Positions 29,092 to 46,837 of a stretch of 64,000 bases of DNA are shown here, piece by piece. The position numbers and the translations under genes are program-made. Source of the DNA: the human T2T-CHM13v2.0 reference genome, Homo sapiens. The notes beneath the pieces were generated by a model. The model did not search any database, was not told the origin of the DNA, and was given only the letters and a program-made list of their open reading frames with translations. The DNA is taken from the NCBI RefSeq assembly GCF_009914755.1, contig NC_060939.1; one strand, given 5' to 3'. Within the stretch, counting starts at the first letter, position 1, and every line of letters begins with the position of its first letter.

Positions 29092-30910
29092 CCGGAAATA
29101 TAACAACATGTTAATAGCAATTATCGCTAGATGTGTGATCATGGGGCATTTGTGTTGTCTTTACTGCATCAGACTTTACTGCAACAGACTCTAGGCTCTG
29201 TAATAAATATGTACTAATTTGGCAGTTTTCTTACATGCAGTACATATATTAATCTTAACTATTTTATTTCCTAAAATGAATATGACATGACTCACCTTTG
29301 TTTTTAACATACCCTCAGGCAAAGGGCTTACAAAGATGACCAGAGATCAAACTCTGGAGCATGCGTAAGGAGAATGTGAGAGGCAGACTCTCAGTTCCCG
29401 CTGCACCCCATACTGCTGACACAGTGTAGGGAAAATAATTTTTAAGGGTAGACTGAAGAGGGGTAAGGAAATTCCAGATAACAACGTCCACCATGCATTG
29501 AGCTTTGCAGGCATAATCACACATACCTTTCAACCCTATGGGAAATAGGCATTAGCATCTCTATTTTACAGAGGGGGAAACAGAGGCTTGTCAATTTAGG
29601 GACCTGAGAGAGGCACATGTGCATGGGCAGTGGAAGAAAGGTCTGGCCTGGTAAGGAAATCCCCTTCAGCCCTTGGAGAGTTATTTCTGTTCCAATTTGG
29701 AGAAGCTGCTGACTACACATCTACCTGAGGGGGACCCACAGCAAAGGAGTGGAGGGGAAGTCCAAGACGACTCAGCCAGAAACCCAGCGAGCAACCCCAC
29801 GGAGTGTTCCAGCCCATCTTTCATTTCTTCCTAGACGTCACCAGCACTCGTCATCTGGAAGGTTTCTTCCCACAGCAACAGATACATTTTGTGCCCCTGT
29901 TACGGGCTGGACACTTTCGGGAAAGGAATAAATATATTGCATGTGGCCTTTAGCCTTAAGCACAGCCATTCTGATTTGCAGACAAGACATGTTGACTGTT
30001 GAGCTAATCACTAGTAAATAAAATTTCCAGACCCAAGAGAAAAGGATGAGAAGGAGTAGAGGATCCGTCCTGAGTATATTCCACAATCATTGCTAGAGAC
30101 GTTCAGATGCAAGAACTCATGTTGGTTGCATGCCCACTGTGTGCCACACTCACCTCACATGTGTCTCATTAGTCCTCACAGCAACCCTCTGTACCCCATC
30201 ATAGCCTCCCCGGTTGACATGCAAGGAAATGAAGACCTGCGGGGTCCTACAGTGTCTGGGGCCACACCAGCACCAGGGCACAGACCCCGAGCTCAGTCTT
30301 TCCAACTCCTAAGCGAGACTGGGGTTGTCTCCAAAGACAGTGAGGCATTGCTCCATTAGAAATACCCCGTCTCGCTCCACGGTGCTGGGAATATCAGAGA
30401 GTACGTTTGGAAAAGTAGAGCTGAGTAGTGGGAGAACCCTCTGCAACCCCAGTGAAACCTCCTGCGTGCAGGCCGCAAGCACTCGTGTAAAACGCAGGCC
30501 CCAAATACTAGTAAATGTCATGATCAAATCCACTTCTCAGACAGACTCCTTTACACACAGTTGTTATCATCCACATAATAAAAGGAATTGGATTTCCCTC
30601 GTTTGTCTTAAGTCTTTGCACAATTTCCTCCCACCTTTCCTGGGCCTGCTGGGAGGCTCCGCACAACCCCACTGGGTGGAAGGCAGAGTAGGCAGGGGAA
30701 CCCTGGGCCTGGCAGTTTTGTTACAATACTGTGTCACAACACAGACAGGTGGGGTGGCCAGAGTCAGGCAGAGCGACACAGGGTGTGTCAGGTGGCTCTC
30801 TTGTCCCTGCCTGTGCACACACATGATGGAACCCTGGTACAGTAACACAGCATTCAGTTGAGACCGAGGAAAAATAAACGAGGGACAATTCATCCTAACC
30901 TAACTCAGGA

Positions 30911-31021
30911 CAGCGGCCAACCCTCTGGTTTTGCCTGGGTCTGAGAGATTTCCAAGGATGCAGGACTGTGTTTTTAAAAGCAGGTTAGTCCCAGACAAAC
31001 CAGGAAGAGCCGGTCAGCTCA
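30911..31021 (+). mobile_element. MER81-like MITE (hAT-Blackjack), degenerate
   Basis: ~110 bp, colinear with the copy at 32657 (GTCCCAGACAAACCAGGA...GGTCAG). Confidence 0.6.
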
Positions 31022-32197
31022 GCTGACCTCTCTACCCTCAGGTAATGCAGCCCCTTGCCTTTATATTCTCCAGTCCTTCCTCAGCCCACACGCTCACCCC
31101 GCCCCTCTGTGTCTCTGAGCAGCCAGGCAAGCTTGAATACTAGCTAATATTTATTGAGCATTTACTTAGCGTCAGGCGCTTTACATCAGGCCTAAGGAGA
31201 AAATACGGTTATCACCTCCTGTCACAGATGAAGAAACTGAGGCTGGCAGAATTAGTGTATACAAATAATTCCATAAAACCAGCTTCTGCGCACACTTGAG
31301 CTTATAAAAGGTCTCCATACTTTGCCTTCCCAAGTTTGCCAGAGAGAGGGAGACAGAAAAAGAGAGAGAGAGAAAATGAGTGATGAGTGAGAGAGAGAAT
31401 GAGAATTAAAGGTCTCTCCCTCCATCCTGGAGGGGGACAGGCTGCATCTCAGACATCAGCCCCTCTCAAGGGATCAGAGGATCAAGCCCATCCTCCGCTT
31501 GCTCTCTGCACCTCGCCTGTGGAGCTGACACAGCACCAGCTGCAGCTCATTTTACTCCCCGCCAGAAACGAGGGTGTTATCATGTGATATTTTTGCCTCT
31601 TTTTATAAATAATTCATCCTTTTTTGCACAAAAGTAAGATAGCCTGAAGCTAGAACATTTAAAAGGAACGTCAGCCCCTTATACATAAACAATAAAGTGC
31701 TAGTTTGCCAGAAAGTTTGCGAAAGTCCCGAAGCTAAAATACACCTCGTTCTAGGTCTATTTTTAGCCTGGAAAAGGCTTTCCGATGTCTTTCTCAGTTC
31801 ACACGTGATAAGGGCTGTGTTATGCTTTCTCTGAAATGGGGCTTTCCCAAATCAGTTACATTTGCACAGGGAAATCTAAAAGATAACTTGCCAAATAAGC
31901 ATACTTATGAAATCCAAATCCCAAGTACACAAATGCTTTTTTTAACTCCACAAAAATAAATTATAAACAAATGGATAATGGAGTCTACGGTCAACCACGG
32001 CTATGAGAAATGGGGCCACAGATTGTTAACGTTTACAGGAGTCTTTTTCCCAAGACTGAGAGGGAGTTTTCCTTTGCAGAAGGATAGCAATTCTGGAGCT
32101 GGAAATTACAATCGTAAGAACAATTATGGGAAAAACAATTATGTTTGATGATAAGATTTGGGCCTCCATGTTATTGTGGGCTCCCTTATCCCCTTGA

Positions 32198-32521
<324 letters not shown>

Positions 32522-32656
32522 TCATGCATTAGTGTTTTATGAGAAAGACATTTTATTTCTTTACCTAAAAGGATTTTTTTTAATACTAACATTGCTGTTG
32601 TCAAAATATCTTCAGAAGGACACATGACAGACTCATAATGTTGGTTGCCTATGGCA

Positions 32657-32768
32657 GAGGGTGACCAACCATCCCAGTCTGCTGGGGTTTCAGGAGTCTC
32701 CTGGGATGAGGACATTTCAGAGCTAAAACAGAAAGTCCTAGACAAAGCAGGACCAGTTGGTCACCCTA
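32657..32768 (+). mobile_element. MER81-like MITE (hAT-Blackjack)
   Basis: Terminal inverted repeats AGGGTGACCAAC...GTTGGTCACCCT; near 8-bp TSD CCTA(T)GGCA / CCTAGGCA. Confidence 0.8.
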
Positions 32769-34320
32769 CCTAGGCAGGGGAACTCTGGATGGCTGGAACA
32801 GGGGCAGGAAAGGGAATAGTAACTGTATCCCTTCATGCATTTGGAATGTTGAACTATGTAAACTTATTGCTGGTTAAAAAAAAATAGGTTAAAAATGTTC
32901 TGTCAGTATCATATGAGAGGACTCTTTTTAAATCAGTAGATCACTAAGCGTAGCAAAGAAAAGGTTACTGGACCTATGCAAAATTTATATCAATACATTT
33001 AAGGTCTGCTTTATTATTTCATTTGTTTCTGAAATATGTCCTCCAAAAGACTTCACAATTATTCACCAAAAAAACTCAAAAATTTGCAGTTCTTTAATCC
33101 TCATTCTCACAACACCAGGCCACTGAGGCTCACACTGTTGTTCCATTTTGAAGATTAGGAAATGGAGACCTAATGAGGTTATCTGACTTGCCCCAGGGTT
33201 GGAAATGAGCGTGCCATGCAGCCCGTGTCCCCAGGGCCGCCCTCTCCCGTGCTGGCCTACTTTACAGCTGGCTAGTATCGTCAAACCATGGAAACAGCGA
33301 GCTGTTGCCAAAGAGAAATATTTCTATGAAAGTTTCTGAAGTGTCCCCTAGGAGAGCCTGCAGACGTCAGTGACAACATAATATTGCTGACAGAGCCCTC
33401 CCCACCAATCGTGCTGCTCAGAGAGTGCCACCCATGGAGCAACTTTTTAGGAGATTCCCACAGGATGGAAAGTCCTGAGGTGCATACGTGGAGGGACCCC
33501 ACCTTTGAGCTCAGGTGGACCATCTGTCCACAGTTCCTTTCACAGTGCAGTACTTTTCCCATACACATCAAAGTTGCTTTGGATCGAGAGGCGAAGACCA
33601 GCAGGGCAGAGCTAAGCAGGCCACAGACATCTTTCCCCAGAAAAGCTGAGGGTGAGAGGCAGGGCGGTTCACCCTCCGGATGGCTGTTTGTAAAGTAAAT
33701 ATTGACTTTGAGCCATCCCCCAACCTGCTCAGGAAAACACACCAGCTGTTGCTTCTGCCTGCAGCTCCAAGTGGCAGTCACTCCCATGTCCAGAAACATC
33801 CTCTCCATACCTGTCCCCACTGCAATTCCCACAGCTGGCATCGTCAGCCTCTCCGTGACAGTAGAGTTAGACCTCACGTTTGCAGGAATTTGTGTTTTAA
33901 TTCCCAGGCAGAGCTCGGGCCTCTGAGGGTTAGGGACACAGAAAAGGTCAGTTTGGGGATGGCCCCGGGTGGATGGCTGTTTCTCCTGTTCCCCACAGTG
34001 TGGAGCCCAAACCTTCACCCCTGTGTTGATGCATCCTAGACCCACTTTGGACATTTCCACCTCACAAGTAACGTTGGCAGCCACTTCCCGAGAGGCGCTG
34101 CTCTGCGTTCCTGACCATTTTTTTCTCACTCCTCTCCAGCCTCAGGGATACACCCTCCTGTTTGAGACCAGCCCCCACACGTTGGCCCTGAGTTCAACCC
34201 TCCTCCACCTCCTCTGAGGCTCTGCTTCACGCATTACCTCTGCTTCCTCCTGTATCTTCACCCTCCAGTAGATATTTCCCATTCTGGTTTCTCACTGAGA
34301 AAGAAAAGAAAAGAGAAACC

Positions 34321-34477
34321 AAGAGGGAGAGAGGGAGAGAGAAAGAGAGAGAGAGGGGAAGAGGAGAGGGGAAGGAAGGAAGGAAGGAAGGGAGGGAGGG
34401 AGGGAGGGAGGGAGGGGGAAAGGGAGGGGGAACGGGAGGGGGAATGGGAGGGAGGGAGGGGGAGCGGGAGGGGAGAG
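34321..34477. repeat. Polypurine compound microsatellite (GA/GGAA/GGGA)n
   Basis: About 155 nt, almost entirely purine on the + strand. Confidence 0.95.
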
Positions 34478-34916
34478 CCTACAACTTTGTGTGTCTCCCT
34501 TTTGCCCTCCCTGAACCTCTAAGTGGCATTTGATGATGCCAGGGCTTCCTGCCTTGGAGGTCTCCAGTTTTCTATCTTCCCTCTGACCTCTCTGTCCCCT
34601 CTCTCGGGAGCTGGCTCCTCTCCCTTTTAACTCAGTCCCCAGGGCTTCCTGCTGAGTTCTTTTCTCACTCTGGCCCCTCTCCCTGGGTTCTCAGGTACCC
34701 AGCATGTCCCACACAAGATTCTTCATCGTTCCCCAAAACCTGCCCTACCTCCAGAGCTCCTACGCTCTGCTGGCCACCACACTGCACTTGGCGGAGGCAG
34801 GAACCTAGGGGTCCCCCTACAATCCCCCCATTACTAAGTCCTTCCTCTTCTCTCCAGAAACAGTCCAAATCCAACCACGAGTAAGTTAGTGTAACTTGTT
34901 TGTTTATACGTCTCTC

Positions 34917-34920
<4 letters not shown>

Positions 34921-34961
<41 letters not shown>
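34921..34961. repeat. (CA)20 microsatellite
   Basis: Read directly. Confidence 0.97.
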
Positions 34962-34963
<2 letters not shown>

Positions 34964-35585
34964 AATGTCCATCAAATCAGGAGTTGTGTCTGTTTTGTTC
35001 ATTGGCTATTTCTTCATCAACCAGAAATGTATCTGGCACACAGTAAGTGCTCAATAAATGTTGCTGGACTGAATGGATAAGTACCTACTGCCGTAGTTTA
35101 TAGCAAGCAACAGGAGTTGAGTGCACGTATTTAAAGTCAGAAGGCAAGAGCTGGAATCTTGGCTTTGCCATTTACTCTCAGTGTAACTTGCACTAAATTA
35201 AACCTTAAGTCTCAATTTCCTCACCTGTAATATGGGCATAAAGATAGCAGCTCACTTATCATTAGGATTAAATGAGATAGCACATGTAGAGAACTTAGCA
35301 TAATAACTGGTACGTATTAAGTCATCAATAAACATTACATATTATGTTTCTTATTGTTGTTCTTTCCTGTCCTCATGTGTCACCTGTATTATAACATCCT
35401 TCCAACCATTCTCCAAGACTCCAGGCTCCTCTCTTCAGGAGAATTCCCACCCTAACATCGTAATCAGAGTGATCTGTCCAAATGCAAAATCAAGCATAAT
35501 ACTCCCTTGCTGAAAACCCTTATGGGGTTTAAACTCTGCCAGTAGAGTCCTAATTCCTTAGTATGGGCCCAGCTTCCCCACCCCC

Positions 35586-35736
35586 ACCTCCCAGCACCCC
35601 AAACTCTAAATTCACTAAACTCCTAGCTTCATCTACCCTTACCTCCCAGCACCCCAAACTCTAAATTCACTAAACTCCTAGCTTCATCTAACCCTTACCT
35701 CCCAGCACCCCAAACTCTTAACTTTACTAAACTCCT
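35586..35736. repeat. Minisatellite, 55-56 bp unit, ~2.7 copies
   Basis: ACCTCCCAGCACCCCAAACTCTAAATTCACTAAACTCCTAGCTTCATCTA(A)CCCTT starting at 35586, 35641 and 35697. Confidence 0.93.
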
Positions 35737-35953
35737 TCCATCCGAGCCTTTGCCTAAACTGCTCCCTGGTTCTTCCACCAGGAATGCTCTTCCTTAACCC
35801 TCTCCTCTCCATTTTTTGCTTAAAGAACTCCTCCTAATCATTCTACAAACAAGACATAAGCTCCTTTGTGAAGATTTTGCTAATCTCTTCTGCACAATCC
35901 CCCACCACCCCATACAAATTCACCCCTGCCCACACACATTCCTCTAGGACAGT

Positions 35954-36062
35954 TAAGGTGGACCAGCTGTCCCAGTCCAGGCAGGAATGAAGAAGTTGCC
36001 CAGAATGTGAGACTTTCAGTGCTAAAACTAGGAGAGTCCGGGGCAAACAAGGGCAACTCTAA
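35954..36062 (+). mobile_element. MER81-like MITE, degenerate
   Basis: GAGACTTTCAGTGCTAAAACTAGGAGAGTCCGGGGCAAAC core, colinear with the 32657 copy. Confidence 0.7.
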
Positions 36063-36434
36063 TAGCACAGATCACATTGTTTTGGAGTTAGCTGTCTTTC
36101 TGATAAGATTGGAGGCAGCAGAAAGCTTACTTTGATCATCTTCGTGTCCCCAACACCTATCCTGGTGTCAGGCACTTATATAGCCCATACTCAATAAATA
36201 GGTGCTGAACGCATTATTGAGGTAGTGTGGAGGCAGTGGAGGAACTAAAGGCCGTGGTTCGGATCCCATCCCCTCGCTGTATGATCTTAGGCAAGTTATT
36301 ATTTTCATTTGTATATTTGTTTGTTACTGAATGATTGAAGGCAAATTTCTTGGTCTCGGCCTCTGTTTCCTCATTTGTAAAATGGACATAATACCAATTT
36401 CGTAAGAATGTTGTAAAGATTAAATGCATGTAGG

Positions 36435-36792
<358 letters not shown>

Positions 36793-36924
36793 CTATTTAT
36801 ATTCACTTTTTTTAAAGAGTTAGCACAGTGCATTCAATAAGGGTTTGTTCCCTTCTCCCCATTAAACAAATTAATACAGGTGGCCTTAAATGTAATTATA
36901 CCACAGAGAAGGCTTCCCTTAGGA

Positions 36925-37090
36925 CAGGGATCAGCCACCTTGGTTGCACATTAGAATCCCCTGGAGGACCTTACAAACACTGATGCTCAACTCCAGGCCA
37001 ATTAATTCAAATCTTTGATGGATCCATGCATCAGCACGTTTAAAGGGCTCCCCTGAGGAGTCTAATAGGCAGCCAGTTGAGAACTTCTGC
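36925..37090. mobile_element. MER5A-type hAT MITE
   Basis: GCACATTAGAATCCCCTGGAG ... GCAGCCAGTTGAGAACTTCTG. Confidence 0.7.
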
Positions 37091-39953
37091 CTTAGGGCAC
37101 TGGGTTGTGGCTCTTTACCTCTTAATTGCTGTACTGGGTCTTTCCAAAGTTATCCCTACTCTAGCTATTGTCAACCGCAAGTGTTTAATACCCTCTGTTC
37201 CCTTCACTTTGTCTTCAGGGCAGGAACTGGAGAATTCTCAGCTCCCTAACCATTCCTGGCCTGTCCCCAAGTTCCTAACAGCTTTTCACACCTTGCCTAT
37301 CCCTTCAGAGCCTTCACAGCTTGATATTCCCCCAGGAAGTTGAAGAAATGAAAAAGAGGTCACTTCATCTGTGTCTTCCTTAAGGGGACAGATGGTTCCA
37401 TTTTCTAGCCAGTGTTTCTCAAACTGGAGTCCACAGACATGTTCTCAGGGACCCGCCAGTTCTGTATGAGGATTTTTTTTCTTTGCATTTTCAATTTGCT
37501 AATAATCTAAAATATTACTATTGTCATTAACTGGTTGCCCCTTTATAAAAGACTGCAAGATTTGAGTGCCCCTACAAAATTCGGTATTTGAGGGGTTTTC
37601 ATTTGTTTGCTTTGTGAGACAGGGCTCTCACTGTCACTCAGGCTGAAGTGCGGTGTTATGATCATAGCTCACTGCAGCCTCGAACTCCCAGACTCAAGCC
37701 ATCCTCCCTCCTCAGCCTCCTGAGTAGCTAGAACTACAGGCGTGAGCCACCACACCTAGCTGATCTTTGAGTTGTGTAAAGGCAATGCACACATACAGAT
37801 TTCGAATTAGTTCAGATAGAAGGACCAAGCAGGGAACCAAATCCTCCCATGGCACAAAGCAATTGAAGCAAAACAGACTCCAAATGACCAGCAAGTAGTT
37901 GTTAGTCTCAAATTAGCTGCAGAAACAGATGCAGTTTGTGCATCCTGTCAAAACGTAAGTGTTTGCAGCAGTTCATTAGCAGTGAGTAGTAAATATACAT
38001 TTACTAAGATATTTTCTTCTCCCATTCCAAAAAAAATGGGAAGAGAAACCCCAGTTGAGGTAGATTTTAATAAAGCTATAATGCTAATTATATCCTTAAG
38101 TGAATGTGAGCCATGTACACATTTATCAAGGGCCATATAGTGCCTGATTGTCCAGCAGTAGCAAATACAGCCTTGACGTTAAATACCATGTGTGCCTCAT
38201 TCTAATAAGAGACAGTCTTTGCATGGATATTATTAAAGTCAAAATACAGCAATAGATATAAAACTAGACCCAAGGCTGCATCTTTTCATTATTAAGCCAA
38301 CAATAGGCATTTATTTTTAGTACAGCTCATCATAAGTCCCATCAAAATAATGTCGTTTAGATGTGCCTATGTACTCTCTTCTGCTTTCAATTTGTAAATT
38401 TGTTTTTGGTTTTATAGGTGCATAAGAGCTTGAAGCATAAACAGTTTATGCCTAGTTTTATTTTACACCTAATTAAGAGATGGTAAAAAATAACTCTATT
38501 GTAGCTGTCAATCCTCAATGATCTTTTCCCTGGTGGTCTGGAACACTCGTGCTGGCTACAGATCAGAATCAGACAGAGATTGTCAGACACACAGGCTGCC
38601 AGAGGTTGGAGACTCGGGGCTAGAGGACAGGACACTTCCCCGGGCTCCGGATCTGCTTTGTCACTAAGGGCAGAGGCTATTTGGTGATTTATGGACATGG
38701 GTTCTTGGTCCTGTCATTTCACCATCTGCCCTCCCCTCCCGCTCCCACTTCCACCTCCCCTGGGCCTCAGTTTCCTCGATTCCCTGAGGTCTGTAGTCCT
38801 ATCTGTCCCTAATTTTCAGTGGTTCTGTGATTCTTGCCTTCAGTGCGTTATCAGCTGAAGGTAGAGGATAAAGCACCCGCAGGGCTTGGGGTCAGACCTG
38901 GCTGAGAATTCTGACCCAGGCACTGCCCCACCTGGGACATTTAAACTTGATGAGCCTTGGGCTCCTTGCTGTAAAATGGAGAGGATAACGCTGTCGCCAC
39001 TAGATGCTGCACAGATTAAACGAGATCAGAAATGTCTGGTAGGCACAGCCACTGCTCCCTGCCCGACTGGGCATTCAGTGCATGTTCGATACTGCCTTTA
39101 AAGTTCCTGTTTGTCTTCAGGAGGGGTTCCTGGGCCTAACTGAAAAGAAGAATTTGTTTTTGTTGTTTTTAAAGCTCAGCCCATAACCTCCTTTCAACCA
39201 AACAAGGTCTTCCTGAAACTTCTCTAGATTTCTGAATGTTTAGCTTCAGGATGCACCAAGGAGATGGGAGAAGCTCCCTGAGGGGCCTAGGCTGAAGCCA
39301 GGGGGTGATGGGTCCCAAGGACTGCCCTGAGACAAGCCCCTTTCAGGGACCAGAGGAGAAAGAATCATACTCGCTCCATTCCAGGACAAGTGAAAAGGAG
39401 GCGTGTGTTTCCTGTGCACTTTTCAGCTAGCTGTAATGAAGCAAGCTCATTTTATATTTGATTTTAACAAAGAGAGAATGACTGATGGCTTCAAACACAC
39501 ACATCTGCCATGCCTGTTTACCCACATGAAATTAATCAGAGGACTTCAGGGCTGATGCTGGAAACATGGGTGAGGAGGGCAGGGTTCGCTTGCCCCCACC
39601 CCCACCTAAGGTCAGCTTTGGAGTTCGGGAAAGCTCTTAGCTCCAACTTTCTCAATGAAGAGAGGCTTCTCACACTGCAGAGAGACAGGGAGGCTCCCGC
39701 AGCCCTAAGCCTAGGACCCCCAGAACTCTCTGAGCCCAGGTTCCCAACACCTGGTGGGTAGGTAGGAGGAAGCTTTCCATTCAGCCAAGATTCACAGAAC
39801 CCCACACTGTGAGCCCTCCTCCCTGGCAGAGGTAGAGTTACCGCTGCCTGGACCCCTGAGGGCACAGGGAACCCAAGGGTTCTGAGACACTGGGTTTCAT
39901 CGTCCTCACCTCCTCCCAGCTGTGCTACATAAAACATCAGTTGTGTAGGATAT

Positions 39954-40339
39954 TGTGTTCATTTTCTGGGGCTACCATAACAATGTGCTACCGACTGGGT
40001 GGCTTTAACTACAGAAACTTATTCCCTCAGTTCTGGAAGCTAAAAGTCTGAGATCAAGGTTTTATAGGGTTGGTTCCTTTGGAGGCCTCGCTCCTTGGTT
40101 TGCAGATGGCTGCCTTCTCCAGTGGCTTCCTGTGGTCTTCCCTCTGTGTGTGTCTGTGTGCTGATCACCTTTTCTTATGAGAACGTCACTCATATTGGGT
40201 TAGGGCCCACCCTAATGTCCTCATTTTCACTTAATTACCTCTTTAAACACATTATCTCCATATATGGCTACATTCTGAAGTACTGGGAGTTAGGACTTCA
40301 ACATATGAATTTTGAATAGATACAATTCAGCCTCTAGCA
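39954..40339 (-). mobile_element. MLT1-family solo LTR
   Basis: CAGTTCTGGAAGCTAAAAGTCTGAGATCAAGG; TTAGGACTTCAACATATGAATTT; ACAATTCAG end. Confidence 0.82.
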
Positions 40340-40344
40340 GATAC

Positions 40345-41130
<786 letters not shown>

Positions 41131-41440
41131 TCATACATATTGGCAGTCAAAGAGACCAACGTATATGACCAATATCAGCAGGTCATAGGATATGACCTTA
41201 ATTTGGTTAAGACCACCAGGTTGGCCTCCAAAGCCGCTGCACAGGTCAACCTTCCCACCAGCAGCACATGATTCCTTATGTCCCTACACACTCCCAATAA
41301 CAGGTGGCATAATCCAACTGTCTAATTTTGGCATTCTAACAGGTCTAAGTGTCAGCTCTTTCTTGTTTAACTTGCCGTTCTTGAACAGTATTACTAACGA
41401 TTTGGAGCATGTGCTCATGGTAGCCTTTTTGGTTTTGTCA

Positions 41441-42601
<1,161 letters not shown>

Positions 42602-42706
42602 GTTTCTACTTTCATAAGTTGCTTCTTTGAATCCCTTTCCATGTTTCTGAGGACATTTCTGTATTGTTTTATTCTTTGGTAGAGTTTCTTGAATAGCTTA
42701 GGTATC

Positions 42707-43023
42707 TGCCATGGACCGAATTGCAAGCCCCCAAAACTCATATGCTGACCTCCTAACCCACAATGTTATGGTATTTGAAGATGCGGTTTGGGGGAGGCAA
42801 TGAGATCATGAGGGTGGAGCCCTCATGATGGTATTAGTGCCCTTGTAAGAAAAGATGCTCTCTCTTTTCCATGAAAGAAGGTAGCCATCTGCAAGCCTGG
42901 AAGAGAATCCTCAACCAGCACCCTGATATTGGACTTCCCAGCCTCTGAAACTGTGAGAAATAAATTTTGTGGTTTAAGCCACCCAATCTACAGTATTTTG
43001 TTATAGAAGCCCTAACTAAGACA
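42707..43023 (+). mobile_element. MLT1A/MST-type solo LTR
   Basis: GATCATGAGGGTGGAGCCCTCATGATGG; TTTAAGCCACCC...TTTGTTATAG...CTAAGACA. Confidence 0.8.
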
Positions 43024-44357
43024 ATGTTAATCCCTCGTAAATCTCGGTCTCTCTCCCTCTCTCTCTCCCACCCTCCCCCTTCATATCTGTAATAGTCACT
43101 GCTTAGATATCCTGCATATTTTAAATGGTACAGCTCCCTGTAGCAATAAAATGAGATACCAAGAAAATGGATCACTATTTCTTTATTATGGGAATTAGTA
43201 AAACCACATTCTATGCTTTACTGTTTAAGCATTGCAACTTCACTGTTTTAAGCATTGCCAACTATGCTATTATCTATTAGCTGCCATTCTGTTATCTATT
43301 AACTTTATAATGATGTCCTGTATTTTGATAGGATCAAGTATGTCTTCTGCTGAAAGGTTTTGTTTAGAAGGCTCTTCCCTATCTCTAAATCACAAAGATA
43401 TTTTCCATTTTCAGCTTGTATTTTCTTTAATTTTTAATTATTGAATCCATCTGGAATCTGCCTTTACATGTGGTGTTATGTTCATATCCAGTTTTAATTT
43501 CCTTTATGTAGTGAGGCACAGTATGAAGGAATTTGGGGGTAAAAAAAAAAAAAGAAATATGTAATGAGGCAGCTTTCTCAATACCTTCTATTAAACAACC
43601 ATTCTTTCCCCCATTGATTTTGTGGATTAAGTTCCCACATGTACCCGACTCTGTCTAAGAGCTCTCCTCTCTGTTCTCTTGGTCTATCCATCTTCCCAAG
43701 TCCATTCTATATTGTCTTTACTACTATGGCTTTGAAATTGTTCTAATATGGGGAGTGAATGTCCCCCCCTCACCTTCCATTCTTTGCTCTTTTTTTAGAG
43801 TTTGCTTAGTTATTTGTGGCCTTTTATTCTTCCTTATATTTTATAATTTATGTTAGTCTAAAATTATTATTGAGTTCACAAAAAAATTCAACTGAGATTT
43901 TTATTGGGATTGCATTGAGTTTAGAGATTAGGAGAAATTTAACATCTCTGTAATATTAAATTATCCCATCAAAAGCATGGACTATGTTTCCATAGATGAT
44001 CCTCTATGTCATTCTGAGTTTAAATTTATTTTCATAAAAATCTTGTGTATTTTTATATATGTTAACACCTAAATACTTATCGATATTGTGAATAGTATCT
44101 TATTACTGTCAAAATTTCTAATTGGATATGACTGGTGTGAAGAAATACTATTTATTTTATTTCTGGATAATGTTATACCCAGCAAAATCTTCCAAGTCCA
44201 TTTATTAGTTCTAATCATTGATCTTGTTAGACTATCAACATAGATATTTATATCATGTATAAACAGTTTTATTTCTTCCTTTCCAATCCTTTCTCCTCTT
44301 ATTTCTTTATCCCACTGGCCAGAATCTCCATGCTGCGTTAAACAGTAGCTGCATAGG

Positions 44358-44772
44358 TGTCTTAGTCCATTTTCTGTTGCTTATAACAATCCCTGAAACT
44401 GAGAAGTTTATAAAGAAAAGGAACTTATTTCTTACCATCATGGGAACTAAGAAGTCCAAGGTCAAGGAGCCACATCTGGTGCGGACCGTCTTGCTGATCT
44501 TTTTACATAGAGACTCTGCAGAGTCATCAGGCAGCACAGGGCATCACATGACAAGTCGGCTGAGCATGCTAAGCTTAGGTCTGTTTTCCTCTTATAAAGC
44601 CACCAGTTCCTCTCCCGTGATGATCCATTAATCCATTTACCCATTAAGCTATGAATGGATTAATCTATTCATGACCCAATCACTTCTTAAAGGCCCCACC
44701 TCTCAATAATTGCACATTAGGAATTAAATTTCAATGTGAGTTCTGGAGGGAACAAATACTCAAACCACAGCA
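44358..44772 (-). mobile_element. MST-family solo LTR
   Basis: TGTCTTAGTCCATTT...CAAACCACAGCA; TSD ATAGG. Confidence 0.85.
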
Positions 44773-45009
44773 ATAGGAATATCTTAAAGTAACATTTCTG
44801 TTCGCTCTTAGCAGTGAAAACTTGGTTGAGTTTCTTCACCATCCTGAATCTCCATTTCTCCAACTGATACGCCTTCCTTGCAAGGTTGTTGTAATGATCG
44901 TGATAATAACCCCAAAGTTCCCGGCACACTGTAGGGGCTCAAAGCATAGAGTGTGGTTTCACTAATTCCCATAATAAAGATAAAGCTATCCATTTTCTTT
45001 TTTAAAAAT

Positions 45010-46837
<1,828 letters not shown>

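Noticed and set aside
33281-34129. 282-aa minus-strand ORF
   Set aside because: Non-ATG start, no recognisable domain or coding-like composition; treated as a chance ORF.
35586-35736. Possible CRISPR-like array
   Set aside because: Head-to-tail repeats without unique spacers, in primate DNA with no cas genes.
43215-43262. ~24-bp tandem duplication (ACTGTTT(T)AAGCATTGC(C)AACT)
   Set aside because: Ordinary slippage duplication with no sign of function.
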